A stretch of DNA of 64,000 bases, taken from positions 2,102,828 through 2,166,827 of the forward strand of contig OZ247431.1 in the NCBI GenBank assembly GCA_965232875.1, written 5' to 3'. The translations under genes and the position numbers were made by a program. Position 1 is the stretch's first letter, and every line of letters starts with the position of its first letter. The DNA is from Dehalococcoidia bacterium (GTDB taxonomy: Bacteria > Chloroflexota > Dehalococcoidia > Bin125). Of this stretch, positions 1 to 8,656 are shown piece by piece. Below the pieces are notes generated by a model. It was given only the letters and a program-made list of their open reading frames with translations, made no database searches and was not told the origin of the DNA.

Positions 1-580
1 ATGCCGGCTCGTCGCCGCCCAGAAATCGCTTCCAGATAGCCTCCGCCCGGATGCCATCCGCTGCCGTGACGAGTTGGCCGGACCTATGTGTCGGATCAAC
101 GTACAGGGGAACCTCTGTTCCCGCCGGGTAGAACCGATGGGCCCAACCTTCGCTGACTCCGGTGAACGTTAGCAATGAGACGGTCTCAGTGATGAATCCC
201 TCGAGCGTGGTCTGTGCAGCACGCTCGCCGACATCGACGAACAACGGTCCGTCGGGCTCCTCGTCTGTGGCTGATTCAAACTCGTACAAGATGCTGGCGC
301 CGTCAGTGCGAAACACGTCTGACGCGAATGGGAAGTCAATCCCGAGCCTGTCTTGCGCAAATGACCTTGCGGCTCGGATTCGCCTCAAAGAAATGCCCAG
401 CTCCCGTGTTGCGCGAATCACGACTCCTTCGGCAAGTGCGAGAAAGCTTACTTCCAAAGGAGAAGGAGAAGCAGCTTGCGTCACGACAGGATTATGCCTC
501 CTGCCGGCACTGCCATAGCCGCGATACCAGCGCCAAACCCTCCGACTCGGAATTTGCAACAAGGCCGCGGTTTCGGACAT
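1..580 (-). CDS. Partial CDS (C-terminus outside window): HTH + DUF433-type antitoxin-like DNA-binding protein (VapB45-like architecture)
   Basis: Not in the ORF track because no stop lies inside the window. I checked every minus-strand codon from the ATG (comp. 578-580) down to nt 2 and found no stop. The product reads MSETAALLQIPSRRVWRWYRGY...SFLALAEGVVIRATRELGISLRRIRAARSF...PLYVDPTHRSGQLVTAADGIRAEAIW. It has an HTH-like N-terminus and a DUF433-like C-terminal segment. An in-frame TGA lies 15 codons upstream of the ATG. Confidence 0.5.
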   Translation of the reverse strand, partial: MSETAALLQIPSRRVWRWYRGYGSAGRRHNPVVTQAASPSPLEVSFLALAEGVVIRATRELGISLRRIRAARSFAQDRLGIDFPFASDVFRTDGASILYEFESATDEEPDGPLFVDVGERAAQTTLEGFITETVSLLTFTGVSEGWAHRFYPAGTEVPLYVDPTHRSGQLVTAADGIRAEAIWKRFLGGDEPA

Positions 581-657
581 GGTGTAAACGGGTGTGGTCC
601 AGCGGGCATCGGAAGGCGTTTTCATGCCTCGACGATAGACGCAGCCAGGCGGCAGCG

Positions 658-1890
658 CTAGCTCAGCGCTCCAGACGCTGCCAGGTCCTCGATCTCGGCG
701 TCGTTGAGTCCGAGGACATCCTTGAGGATTTGCTCATTGTGTTCGCCGTATTGAGGCGCAGGTCGGGTGGGTGCGCCCGGCGTTTCGGAGTGTAGGTAAC
801 GAGGTCCCTCAAGCACTGTTTCACCGTGTAGTGAGTGTGGAAGTCGTTGGAAGTGGTTGCGATGCGCCAGTTGGGGATCGTTGGCTGCATCTTCGGTCGT
901 CGCAAGCCGATGCGCAGAGATTCCCTGTGATTGAAGCATCATTTCCACCTCGTCAGCGGATCGCTGAGCTGTCCAGGCGATCAGCGCGTCTTCAATCTCG
1001 GCCTGCTGCTGTCTTCGTTCGTCGAACGACAGCGATTCATCCATTTCAATCAGTCCAGCGAGGGATCGCCACTGCTCGTCCGACGCCACGGCGATGGCGA
1101 TCCACGACTCCGCGCGGCCATCGGTCGGCGAGCAGGGATAGACGCCGTGCGGGCACATCTGCGGATCGTCGTTGCCTCGAGCCTCGAGCGCCGGTCCTCC
1201 GTTCAGATAGTCCATCACGGCTGGAGCGAGGAGTTGCAACGTGCCTTCCGCCTGCGCCTGGTCAATGAACACGCCTTCGCTCGTGCGATTGCGATGGTCC
1301 AGTGCGGCCAGCAGGGCGGTCAATGCGAAGCGCGGGGCTGGGTAGTCGGTGTAGGGACCAAACGGTCCGGCTGGTGCGCGATCGGGCCAGCCGGTCAGGT
1401 GTTGCACGCCCGACATGCCCGCCCCCTGACTGCCGAAGCCGCTGACCTGGTTATAGGGGCCGGTTTGCCCAAGCAAGGTGCTGCTCAACATGATGAGATC
1501 AGGCTTCAACTCGCGCAGATGCCGGTAGGCAAGGCCCCAGCGAGCCAGGATCCCGGCAGTGAACGACTCGCTCACGATGTCGGCCCACTGGACCAGTTGC
1601 TTGAAGATGTCCTGCGCCTCTGGAACATTGAGGCTGAGCGTCAGCCCCCATTTGCCGGCATTGACGTTTCCATAGAGGCCCGAGTTCTCCACGCCGGGCA
1701 GATCGCCGTGGAATGGACCCACGACGCGAGCCGTATCGACGCGAATTGGCGACTCGACTCGAATCACCGTCGCGCCATAGTCGGCCAACGCGCGACCGAC
1801 CGTAGGTCCCGCGACGATCCAGCTCAGATCGAGTACTTTCACCCCGGCCAGCGGCCCGTTGCCGTTGGGCAGTCCCTGAACGGTCGTCAT
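658..1890 (-). CDS. Family III CoA-transferase (CaiB/BaiF type)
   Basis: 410-aa ORF. The opening LAGVKVLDLSWIVAGPTVGRALADYGATVIRVE is the typical family III CoA-transferase N-terminus. The start overlaps the stop of the upstream paralog by 4 nt. Confidence 0.85.
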   Translation of the reverse strand: MTTVQGLPNGNGPLAGVKVLDLSWIVAGPTVGRALADYGATVIRVESPIRVDTARVVGPFHGDLPGVENSGLYGNVNAGKWGLTLSLNVPEAQDIFKQLVQWADIVSESFTAGILARWGLAYRHLRELKPDLIMLSSTLLGQTGPYNQVSGFGSQGAGMSGVQHLTGWPDRAPAGPFGPYTDYPAPRFALTALLAALDHRNRTSEGVFIDQAQAEGTLQLLAPAVMDYLNGGPALEARGNDDPQMCPHGVYPCSPTDGRAESWIAIAVASDEQWRSLAGLIEMDESLSFDERRQQQAEIEDALIAWTAQRSADEVEMMLQSQGISAHRLATTEDAANDPQLAHRNHFQRLPHSLHGETVLEGPRYLHSETPGAPTRPAPQYGEHNEQILKDVLGLNDAEIEDLAASGALS

Positions 1891-3125
1891 ATGACACCAT
1901 CCGACCGCAGCGCCGATAGCTCTTCGTGGGTTAGGCCGAGTTCCCCATAGATCTCATCGTTGTGCTGTCCAAGTCGGGGCGGAGGACGCAGGTTGTTGGC
2001 CTTGGGTGCTCCGTCGAGGAAGATCTTCAGCGGTGGTCCCGGATACGTCACTCGCCGTCCCTCGTCGTCTTCCATCTCGCGCCAGAACTCGCGCGCATCG
2101 AGCTGTCTGCTTTCGGCGAGGTCAACGATCGTCAGGACGGGAACGAGTAGGAGGTCGTACTTGATCGATATCTCCAGCATCTCTTCCTTGGTCCGCTTCG
2201 CGACCTCGTTGGTCATGATCTGCTGGATCTGCGGGAAGATCTCAGGGTCTGCGTCCCCAGTCGCAACGCGGTCGGCGTACGTCCTGAAATTCTCGTGGAG
2301 CAGCTCCGGCTCCGCTGCGGCGATGTCGACCAGCCATTGCACCGCGTGGTTGGCGAAGTGGCCGACGGCGGGCCCAGGCGCCATGTTGAGCACGATGTGC
2401 CCGTTCTTGACCTCAGCCGAGACGCGAAAGCCAATTCCTCGCTGCTTCACGCCGCCGGCGTAGCGTTCAGGTTCCGACGCGCCCAGTTGATAAGCAAGCA
2501 CCTGACCAAGCGTCGCCTGGGCGACGGAGACCTGACCCGACACATCCACATGCTGTCCACGCCCGCTCCGATGCCGAGCGTGCAGCGCCAGCATTGAGCC
2601 GCCCGCAGCATCGCCCGAGGCATGTCCCCAGGACTGCGGCTGCGACACGCGAATCGGCGCGCGGTCGTCGTCGCCCGTCATCAGCAAGGGAGTTCCCGAG
2701 GCCCAGATCGCCAGATCCGAGCCGACATAATCTGCCTTCGGCCCAGTCTGTCCGAAGGCGGAGATCGACGTATAGATCAGGCCGGGAAACCGCTCGTGGA
2801 GTGTTGCGTAGTCAAGACCGAGCTGGGCCATTCTGCCAACGTCCGACGACTCGATCAGGAAGTCGGCAGTCTCCAGCAGACGTAGTAGCACGTCGCGGCC
2901 GCGTGGGTCTTCAAGGTCGCACGTGATTCCGCGTTTGCCTCGGGTGTAGGCCGCCCAATAGATCGACTCGTCCGGATGCTCGGCAAAGAATGGCGCGACG
3001 CCGCGACCTGATGACCCGCTCGGAGGCTCGACCTGGATCACATCCGAGCCAAGATCGGCCAGCATCTGTCCGGCGAGCACACCACGCTCGTCGGTCAGGT
3101 CTATGACGCGATAAGGAGAGAGCAT
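1887..3125 (-). CDS. Family III CoA-transferase (CaiB/BaiF type), paralog
   Basis: 412-aa ORF. YRVIDLTDERGVLAGQMLADLGSDVIQVEPP is the same family hallmark. It sits in tandem with 658-1890. Confidence 0.85.
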   Translation of the reverse strand: MLSPYRVIDLTDERGVLAGQMLADLGSDVIQVEPPSGSSGRGVAPFFAEHPDESIYWAAYTRGKRGITCDLEDPRGRDVLLRLLETADFLIESSDVGRMAQLGLDYATLHERFPGLIYTSISAFGQTGPKADYVGSDLAIWASGTPLLMTGDDDRAPIRVSQPQSWGHASGDAAGGSMLALHARHRSGRGQHVDVSGQVSVAQATLGQVLAYQLGASEPERYAGGVKQRGIGFRVSAEVKNGHIVLNMAPGPAVGHFANHAVQWLVDIAAAEPELLHENFRTYADRVATGDADPEIFPQIQQIMTNEVAKRTKEEMLEISIKYDLLLVPVLTIVDLAESRQLDAREFWREMEDDEGRRVTYPGPPLKIFLDGAPKANNLRPPPRLGQHNDEIYGELGLTHEELSALRSDGVI

Positions 3126-3149
3126 GAACGGCAGGGTAACGCGAGATCG

Positions 3150-3932
3150 TCAGTCGCTCTGCTGCGGCCGACCCTCGCCGGGCGGACCGGCGAACGCTTG
3201 CGCCACCTGGAGAAACTCCTCGGCGGGTCCCGGCGTGTAGCTGAGGTCGGTGTCCATGTAGTGAATGCGCTGTGTGACGACCCGACAAAAGTCGGAGGCG
3301 GCGCCGGAAACGACATGCGGTGCGTCGTCGTCCCCTCCGGACCAGGAAGTTCCTGAGGGCAGGGTCAGCTCAACCTTGAGCGGTTCCTGATTGGGCTCCA
3401 TTCCACGTGTCTGATACGCGAATCCGCGTGTGATGAAGCCCAGATGCGCGATGTGCCCCAACCGGTCCGAGTGAACCGGCTCGATTCCGGCGCCATCGAG
3501 TGCGTCCAGCCCGTGCGACCAGCACTCCATCAACCGCGCCGTCGCGAACGATCGAGCGCTCATCGGCGGCCCGGCCCAAGGCAGCCGATCGCGCCCGTCG
3601 TGGGCGCGAAGCGCGACTTCCATCCGATTCCGTGCGGCTCTCCACCAATCGACGAGCTGAGTCCGCGTCATATGTCGAGAGCTGTCCTGCAGCCCCGATC
3701 GAGTGCCATCTTCGGAGCGCTCGCCACTCGACATGGTCTGCGCAGCGCCAGTCGCCACAGCGGTCGCCGACTCATCGACCTCGGCCAGGTGCGAGATCAC
3801 ATCACGCACCATCCAGCCACGGCAGGGCGTGTCATTCTGCCAGAGTTCGTCAGGCAGGTCTGCGAGTTGGGCGTCCAGATAGCGCTGTTCGGCGACGAGA
3901 TCGTCGATCAGTTGTTGGTAGGGATCGGACAT
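3150..3932 (-). CDS. DinB / maleylpyruvate-isomerase-N-terminal-like metal-binding protein (TIGR03084-like)
   Basis: 260-aa ORF. The N-terminal segment LWQNDTPCRGWMVRDVISHLAEVDE matches the MDMPI/DinB-type four-helix domain pattern. Same strand as the flanking CoA-transferase and LLM genes. Confidence 0.55.
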   Translation of the reverse strand: MSDPYQQLIDDLVAEQRYLDAQLADLPDELWQNDTPCRGWMVRDVISHLAEVDESATAVATGAAQTMSSGERSEDGTRSGLQDSSRHMTRTQLVDWWRAARNRMEVALRAHDGRDRLPWAGPPMSARSFATARLMECWSHGLDALDGAGIEPVHSDRLGHIAHLGFITRGFAYQTRGMEPNQEPLKVELTLPSGTSWSGGDDDAPHVVSGAASDFCRVVTQRIHYMDTDLSYTPGPAEEFLQVAQAFAGPPGEGRPQQSD

Positions 3933-3974
3933 GGGCTCTACCTAAGGCCTGTACTCATGGGTGCGAGCCAATCC

Positions 3975-4006
3975 CGTCATTGCCGCGCTTCGTCGCGGCA
4001 ATCTCG
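3975..4006. repeat. REP-like hairpin (family B): CGTCATTGCCGCG-N6-CGCGGCAATCTCG
   Basis: cgtcattgccgcgcttcgtcgcggcaatctcg lies in the intergenic gap. The same unit recurs at 7625-7915, 18101-18131, 36339-36580, 37504-37600, 44742-44769 and 53748-53779. Confidence 0.75.
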
Positions 4007-4086
4007 CTGCGTACCGCACCAACGGACGTGCTCGATGCGGCGAGACTCCCGCTATCAGCGCAAGTATGACGAAGCTTGGGTCGTGA

Positions 4087-5184
4087 CTAATCAACCACCG
4101 GAGTTGCACCGAGCGGCCGGAGTTCATCCATCAACCAGGTCAAGCGTTCCTCGCTCAGCGATGCCGACTTCTGGCCGTCTCGGGAACCCGGGTAGCCGAA
4201 GCTGCTGCGGCCCTCGTTCTGCTGTCGGACGTACTGACCCAAACCGATCCGGCTGGCGTAGCTCAGGTTGTTGCGCACGTACTTGGGCAGGTCGTCCCAC
4301 GTGGTCGCGTGCGCCATTTCGGCTGCGACCTCGAAGTTGACCGCGTCGGCCATCTTGTCCCACTCGCCCTTGAGCGAGAGTTCATGCAACTGCATGCCCA
4401 GCGATTCCATACCGTGAGCACGGAACACGTGGTGGTAGGAGCGGGTCGAACCGTAGAACGAGATTGCGCGGCGCAGGCCGTCGATCGACTGCTCGACCTC
4501 GGACTCGTTCTCGCCGAAGGCCATGAAACCGCCAACGCCGAGGTCGATGTCCTCGAAGTTGCGGCCGGCGCGCTCGGCGCCCTTCTTCACGTTGGGAATG
4601 ACGGTGTCCATCATCACCTTGTGAGTCATGAACCCATGCGGGCGCAGACCATCGGCGCAAGCGCCGGCGACCTGCGCCATCAGCGGACCGACGTTGGCCA
4701 ACGAGATCTTGGGCGGGTCGTACGGAATCGGGCCCGGGTCGAACATCGGCGTCATCAGCGTGTAGGTGTAGTTGTCGGAGATGAACTCAGGACGCTCGCC
4801 AGTCTGCCAGGAGTGCCAGACGGCGCGCATCATGTTGATGTAGTCCTCCATGCGCTTGGCCGGAGGCGACCAGGTACCGCCGAAGCGGCGCACATTGTGG
4901 CCTTTGACCTGGCTGCCGAGACCGAGGTTGATCCGACCCTTGGACAGTTCCTGCATATCCCAGGCGGCCTGCGCCATGATCATCGGCGTGCGCGGGAAGG
5001 CAATGGTCACGGACGAGGAAATCTCGACGCGCTCGGTGTGCTCCGCCGCGATCATCATCTGGAAGAGCGAGTTGTGCTTGGTCTCGGGCACGACGATCGA
5101 GTCGAAGCCGCGCGCCTCAAGCGCTTTCACCTGATCAGCAATGCCGCCCAGCCAGCCGCCGCCAAATCCTGTTTCAATCTTCAT
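4087..5184 (-). CDS. LLM-class (luciferase-like) F420-dependent oxidoreductase
   Basis: The ORF track gives 4087-5217. I prefer the ATG at 5184 (MKIETGFGGGW...) because GGAAAGGG lies 8 nt upstream. FDSIVVPETKHNSLFQMMIAAEHTERVEISSSVTIAFPRTPM...GRINLGLGSQVKGHNVRRFG is typical of LLM-family TIM barrels. Confidence 0.75.
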   Translation of the reverse strand: MKIETGFGGGWLGGIADQVKALEARGFDSIVVPETKHNSLFQMMIAAEHTERVEISSSVTIAFPRTPMIMAQAAWDMQELSKGRINLGLGSQVKGHNVRRFGGTWSPPAKRMEDYINMMRAVWHSWQTGERPEFISDNYTYTLMTPMFDPGPIPYDPPKISLANVGPLMAQVAGACADGLRPHGFMTHKVMMDTVIPNVKKGAERAGRNFEDIDLGVGGFMAFGENESEVEQSIDGLRRAISFYGSTRSYHHVFRAHGMESLGMQLHELSLKGEWDKMADAVNFEVAAEMAHATTWDDLPKYVRNNLSYASRIGLGQYVRQQNEGRSSFGYPGSRDGQKSASLSEERLTWLMDELRPLGATPVVD

Positions 5185-5319
5185 GGTTGCGCCCTTTCCG
5201 ACGACTTCCTCTGCCAATGTTGTTTGATTAGCCGCATACTAGGACGGACATGGTCGCTGGCGATAGCACTACTCCATGCTCGCGAAGCTCAGTAATCTGT
5301 CGATGAAGCAGGATGGGAG

Positions 5320-5607
5320 TTGATCATGGTTGCGGAACGGGTCGGGAAGCAGTCGTTCCTGAAGATTTCGGAGGCGAAAGAGCTTTTCGACGAGATCATG
5401 GTCCGAGTCGAGAACGGCGAAACCGTCCGCATCATGCGCGAGGGCCGCGTCGTCGCCGAGTTGTCACCAGGTTCTGAATCACCGTTCGACTGTGAGGATG
5501 CCGAGCGAGCGGTTGCCGATTTCCGGAAGGAACGGGCGACATGGCCAAAAGTGAATGTCACGCGAGATGAGATTCTGGCATGGCGTCATGAAGGCCATCG
5601 CATGTGA
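5320..5607 (+). CDS. Phd/YefM-type antitoxin (VapB-like partner of the PIN toxin)
   Basis: 95-aa ORF. ISEAKELFDEIMVRVENGETVRIMREGRVVAELSP matches the Phd/YefM N-terminal pattern. Its stop overlaps the start of the PIN gene (ATGTGA junction). Confidence 0.65.
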   Translation: MIMVAERVGKQSFLKISEAKELFDEIMVRVENGETVRIMREGRVVAELSPGSESPFDCEDAERAVADFRKERATWPKVNVTRDEILAWRHEGHRM

Positions 5608-6011
5608 GCAGTCCGATTGTCGACGCTTCTGTCGTTTTGTCCTGGTTGTTCGATGACGAGGAGAGCGCAACGGCGGAAGCTGCGATGGAGCTAGTCTCTC
5701 GCGACGGCGGCGTGATTCCACAACATTGGTGCTACGAGGTCGGCAACGGGTTGGTAACAGGAGTGAGGCGGCAACGCTTGACAGCGGAAGACGCGCTGAA
5801 GAGGCTACGATCGCTGAACAGATTCCACTGGACCACGGACACCTCAACTGACCTTGAGACGGCGCTGCAATTGGCGATCGAGCATGAGCTGACACTCTAC
5901 GACGCCCTGTACCTCGAAATTGCGATTCGGCGTCAGCTCTATCTGGTGACGCTGGATGGCGATTTGGTCCGCGCCTCCCGGACAGTCGGCCTGGAAGCCC
6001 CTCTTGTTTAG
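5604..6011 (+). CDS. vapC: PIN-domain toxin (VapC family)
   Basis: 135-aa ORF. It shows the N-terminal VDASVVLSW acidic motif, an internal E, LTLYDALYLEIA and a C-terminal LVTLDGDL, which together make the PIN acidic quartet pattern. Confidence 0.8.
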   Translation: MSSPIVDASVVLSWLFDDEESATAEAAMELVSRDGGVIPQHWCYEVGNGLVTGVRRQRLTAEDALKRLRSLNRFHWTTDTSTDLETALQLAIEHELTLYDALYLEIAIRRQLYLVTLDGDLVRASRTVGLEAPLV

Positions 6012-7540
6012 CCGCCGACTCTTGACAGCTCTCGCGGCGCCAGCGATGCCCAGAAGTCTCGCTCTTCGTCGCCGGGAGCGTTGACGATCTCACAGTCGTG
6101 ATTGAGCGTCATCACGGCTCGGTCGACCGGGCTATAGGTCGGCCACTCAGGTAGATGCTCATTGCTCGGATTGCCAGTCTTGGCGAACGCGAGATACGTC
6201 TGCATCATCGTCTTGGAAAGCGACTCCAGTTCCGGCGATGCGTCGCCGCAGAACTGCTTCATGTTCTCAGCCTCGTACGTGCCCCAGATGAAGGGAATAT
6301 CGAGTGAGTGGCAACTATCCAGCTTGCCCTCGTACGCCGGAGACGGGTAATCGAAGCGATAGCTCCAGACGCTCTTAGTGTGGCGGCCATGTGCCTCAGC
6401 GGTCTTGATGGCAGGGATGCGGAACATCGAGTCAGTCATGATCGCATTCCAGACCGATGTATTGTCTGTCGGCTCGCCGCGAGCGTCCCGCGACCGCTGA
6501 TAGCGGTCAACGCCTTCAGCGGCGCGCATGCCACCGAACGGTGCAGTCGCAGCAGCGAGCAAATCGTTGTCCGACATCACCACTGTGCCAGTGCTGGACG
6601 GATTGAAGAGATTGAACTCGTCCTTCGTATGGCCGATCAAGAGCGGCATGCCCTTGGTCTGGATGCCCGCGCCTATGCGTGCCTCGGCGTCGAGACCCAG
6701 CGAGTATCCGTCGGCAACTGGGCCGAAACGCGCGCCGCCGAATCCGCCGCCAGTCAGCTCCACCTGGTAGTCGAGAATGTCGCCAGCGTCGACTCGGCGC
6801 ATCCGCTCCGGATCGTCCCAGCCGCCGAACCGAAGCAGGAACTTCTCCGCGACGGCCCGCGCCTCGACCTTGGTGATTGTGGGAATCAGCGAACCGCTCA
6901 TCGGAATCGCTTTGTCGAATGCTCCGGTCGCAGCCGGCATGGCCATCAGGTGGGCGATATCGAATCCGCCGGCCGACTGTCCGAAGACAGTGACGTTGTT
7001 GGCGTCGCCGCCGAACGCTTCGATCTCGCGACGCACCCAGAACAGTGCCGCTGTTTGGTCGAGCAACCCCTCATTGCCGTAGGCGCCCAGAATCGGGGCA
7101 TGCATCCAGCCGAACACGCCGAGGCGATAGTTCAAGGTGACCACAACTACGTTGCCGGTCATCGCCAGATGTTTGCCGTCGATCCGCGGCTGCGTGCCCG
7201 AACCAACGGTGTTGCCGCCGCCGTGGATCCAGACCATCACCGGACGCTTGCGGTCGTCGCAGGCCGGTGTCCAGACGTTGAGGTAGAGACAGTCCTCGGA
7301 TTGGGTCTGGGCGGGAATTCCGATCAGGTCGCCAATGCCTCCGGGAAGCTGGCGCTGCACTGCCGAGGCCGAGAACTGAGTCGCGTCGTAAACGCCGTCC
7401 CAGGGCTGCATCGGCTCGGGCGGGCGCCACCGGAGATCGCCGACCGGCGGCTGAGCAAAGGGAACGCCGCGAAACACAACGCAACCGTCGTCTTCTGCGC
7501 CCTGCAGTCTGCCCAACGATGTATTGGTTTGAGTTGGCAT
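6008..7540 (-). CDS. Type-B carboxylesterase / lipase family (para-nitrobenzyl-esterase-like)
   Basis: The ORF track gives 6008-7639. I prefer the ATG at 7540 (MPTQTNTSLGRLQG) because the longer version runs into the repeat cluster. VMVWIHGGGNTVGSG forms the oxyanion hole and FGQSAGG is the nucleophile elbow. The stop overlaps the vapC stop by 4 nt, in convergent orientation. Confidence 0.85.
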   Translation of the reverse strand: MPTQTNTSLGRLQGAEDDGCVVFRGVPFAQPPVGDLRWRPPEPMQPWDGVYDATQFSASAVQRQLPGGIGDLIGIPAQTQSEDCLYLNVWTPACDDRKRPVMVWIHGGGNTVGSGTQPRIDGKHLAMTGNVVVVTLNYRLGVFGWMHAPILGAYGNEGLLDQTAALFWVRREIEAFGGDANNVTVFGQSAGGFDIAHLMAMPAATGAFDKAIPMSGSLIPTITKVEARAVAEKFLLRFGGWDDPERMRRVDAGDILDYQVELTGGGFGGARFGPVADGYSLGLDAEARIGAGIQTKGMPLLIGHTKDEFNLFNPSSTGTVVMSDNDLLAAATAPFGGMRAAEGVDRYQRSRDARGEPTDNTSVWNAIMTDSMFRIPAIKTAEAHGRHTKSVWSYRFDYPSPAYEGKLDSCHSLDIPFIWGTYEAENMKQFCGDASPELESLSKTMMQTYLAFAKTGNPSNEHLPEWPTYSPVDRAVMTLNHDCEIVNAPGDEERDFWASLAPRELSRVGG

Positions 7541-7624
7541 GGTCGTTGCTCGTGCTAAGTGTTGCGAGATGGGTCGATGGTAACGGGGCTGGTGTTCCGC
7601 TCCGCAAGGTGACCCTCGCAGAAC

Positions 7625-7915
7625 CCTCCATTCCGTCATTGCCGCGGCAAGCGCGGGTATGAGAGGGTGTCTCAGAAGCCCAATCTCCCAGTCCCCGCTT
7701 CACACAGACCACTGAAAATCCCCTATTCCGTCATTGCCGCGCTCCGTCGCGGCAATCTCGCTGTGTCCAGCACAGACGTCGGTGCTCAAATCAGCGAGAT
7801 ACCCGCGGCAAGCGCGGGTATGACGAGACTGTTCCCGCAAATCGGACAGTTTTGCAAGGGTCTCCTTCACGCGGAGACTGTTTCATCCAACCAAAGTGAC
7901 TTCTGAGACACCCTC
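7625..7915. repeat. Composite REP-like cluster (family B), nested palindromes
   Basis: It contains ccgtcattgccgcggcaagcgcgggtatgag, ccgtcattgccgcgctccgtcgcggcaatctcg and gagatacccgcggcaagcgcgggtatgacg. The whole block is bracketed by the inverted pair gagggtgtctcagaag (about 7662) and cttctgagacaccctc (about 7896). Confidence 0.75.
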
Positions 7916-7926
7916 ATGACCGAGCT

Positions 7927-8568
7927 TCAACAGCCAATGCAGAGGATGGTGCGTCCGTTTCGATCCTGGAGCGGACGCGCGTTGGGACCCCCCGTGAGCT
8001 CCTGTAGTTGCTCGACCTGCCGCTGCGAAACAGTACCGGGCGATTGGACCAGGTACCACTGCACCGGCTCGCTGAACGGCGCGGCGGTCAGGGACCCCAC
8101 GTAGTGATAGAACGCCTCGGAGTGAGGCGCTAACTCAGCGGACGACAGCGCTGGCACGACGCCTGCTTCCTCGCCCTCTGGCGGCGATTCATCGATGATC
8201 CGTTGCAGGCCGTCGTCCGGTTGGCCGAGGCGGTGGATCACGCCGACGACCAGCAACTCATCGCTCTCATTGACGTGGACGAAGTGCACTTCCGCGTCAA
8301 ACTCCTCGCCGTCAACGGTGTGCTCGGCCGGTGTGTGCCAGTGCAGTTGTAGCAGGCGGTACGACTCGTCGCCGACTTGCAGCTCGCTACCACGAGAGAA
8401 ATGGATCATGACAAAGCCCTGGGAGCGCTCAACGCGCGCGGCCTCGCTGGCGTATGTCAGGTTCGGCGCCGTTGCATCCGATTGCACCCAATCGCTGATA
8501 TCGATCGGTGACTGGCCCTGTCCAAGCTTGTCTGGCGTCATCGTTGCGCCCCGTTCCTGCGCTGCCAT
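7927..8568 (-). CDS. Alpha-class carbonic anhydrase (short, no signal peptide visible)
   Basis: 213-aa ORF. GQSPIDI, LQLHWHTPAEH and EVHFVH supply the three alpha-CA zinc histidines in canonical context. Confidence 0.85.
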   Translation of the reverse strand: MAAQERGATMTPDKLGQGQSPIDISDWVQSDATAPNLTYASEAARVERSQGFVMIHFSRGSELQVGDESYRLLQLHWHTPAEHTVDGEEFDAEVHFVHVNESDELLVVGVIHRLGQPDDGLQRIIDESPPEGEEAGVVPALSSAELAPHSEAFYHYVGSLTAAPFSEPVQWYLVQSPGTVSQRQVEQLQELTGGPNARPLQDRNGRTILCIGC

Positions 8569-8656
8569 CGTGATATGAGCGGTAGATTATCGTGCGACTG
8601 CTGAGTGTTACCGCACAGGCGAACACAGAATTCGACAACCTCGCGAGGACGGAACG

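Noticed and set aside
162-795. Plus-strand ORFs 162-518 and 214-795 at the window start.
   Set aside because: The minus strand carries an uninterrupted frame with an HTH/DUF433-like product, which I checked codon by codon. The plus-strand products are featureless and R/S-rich.
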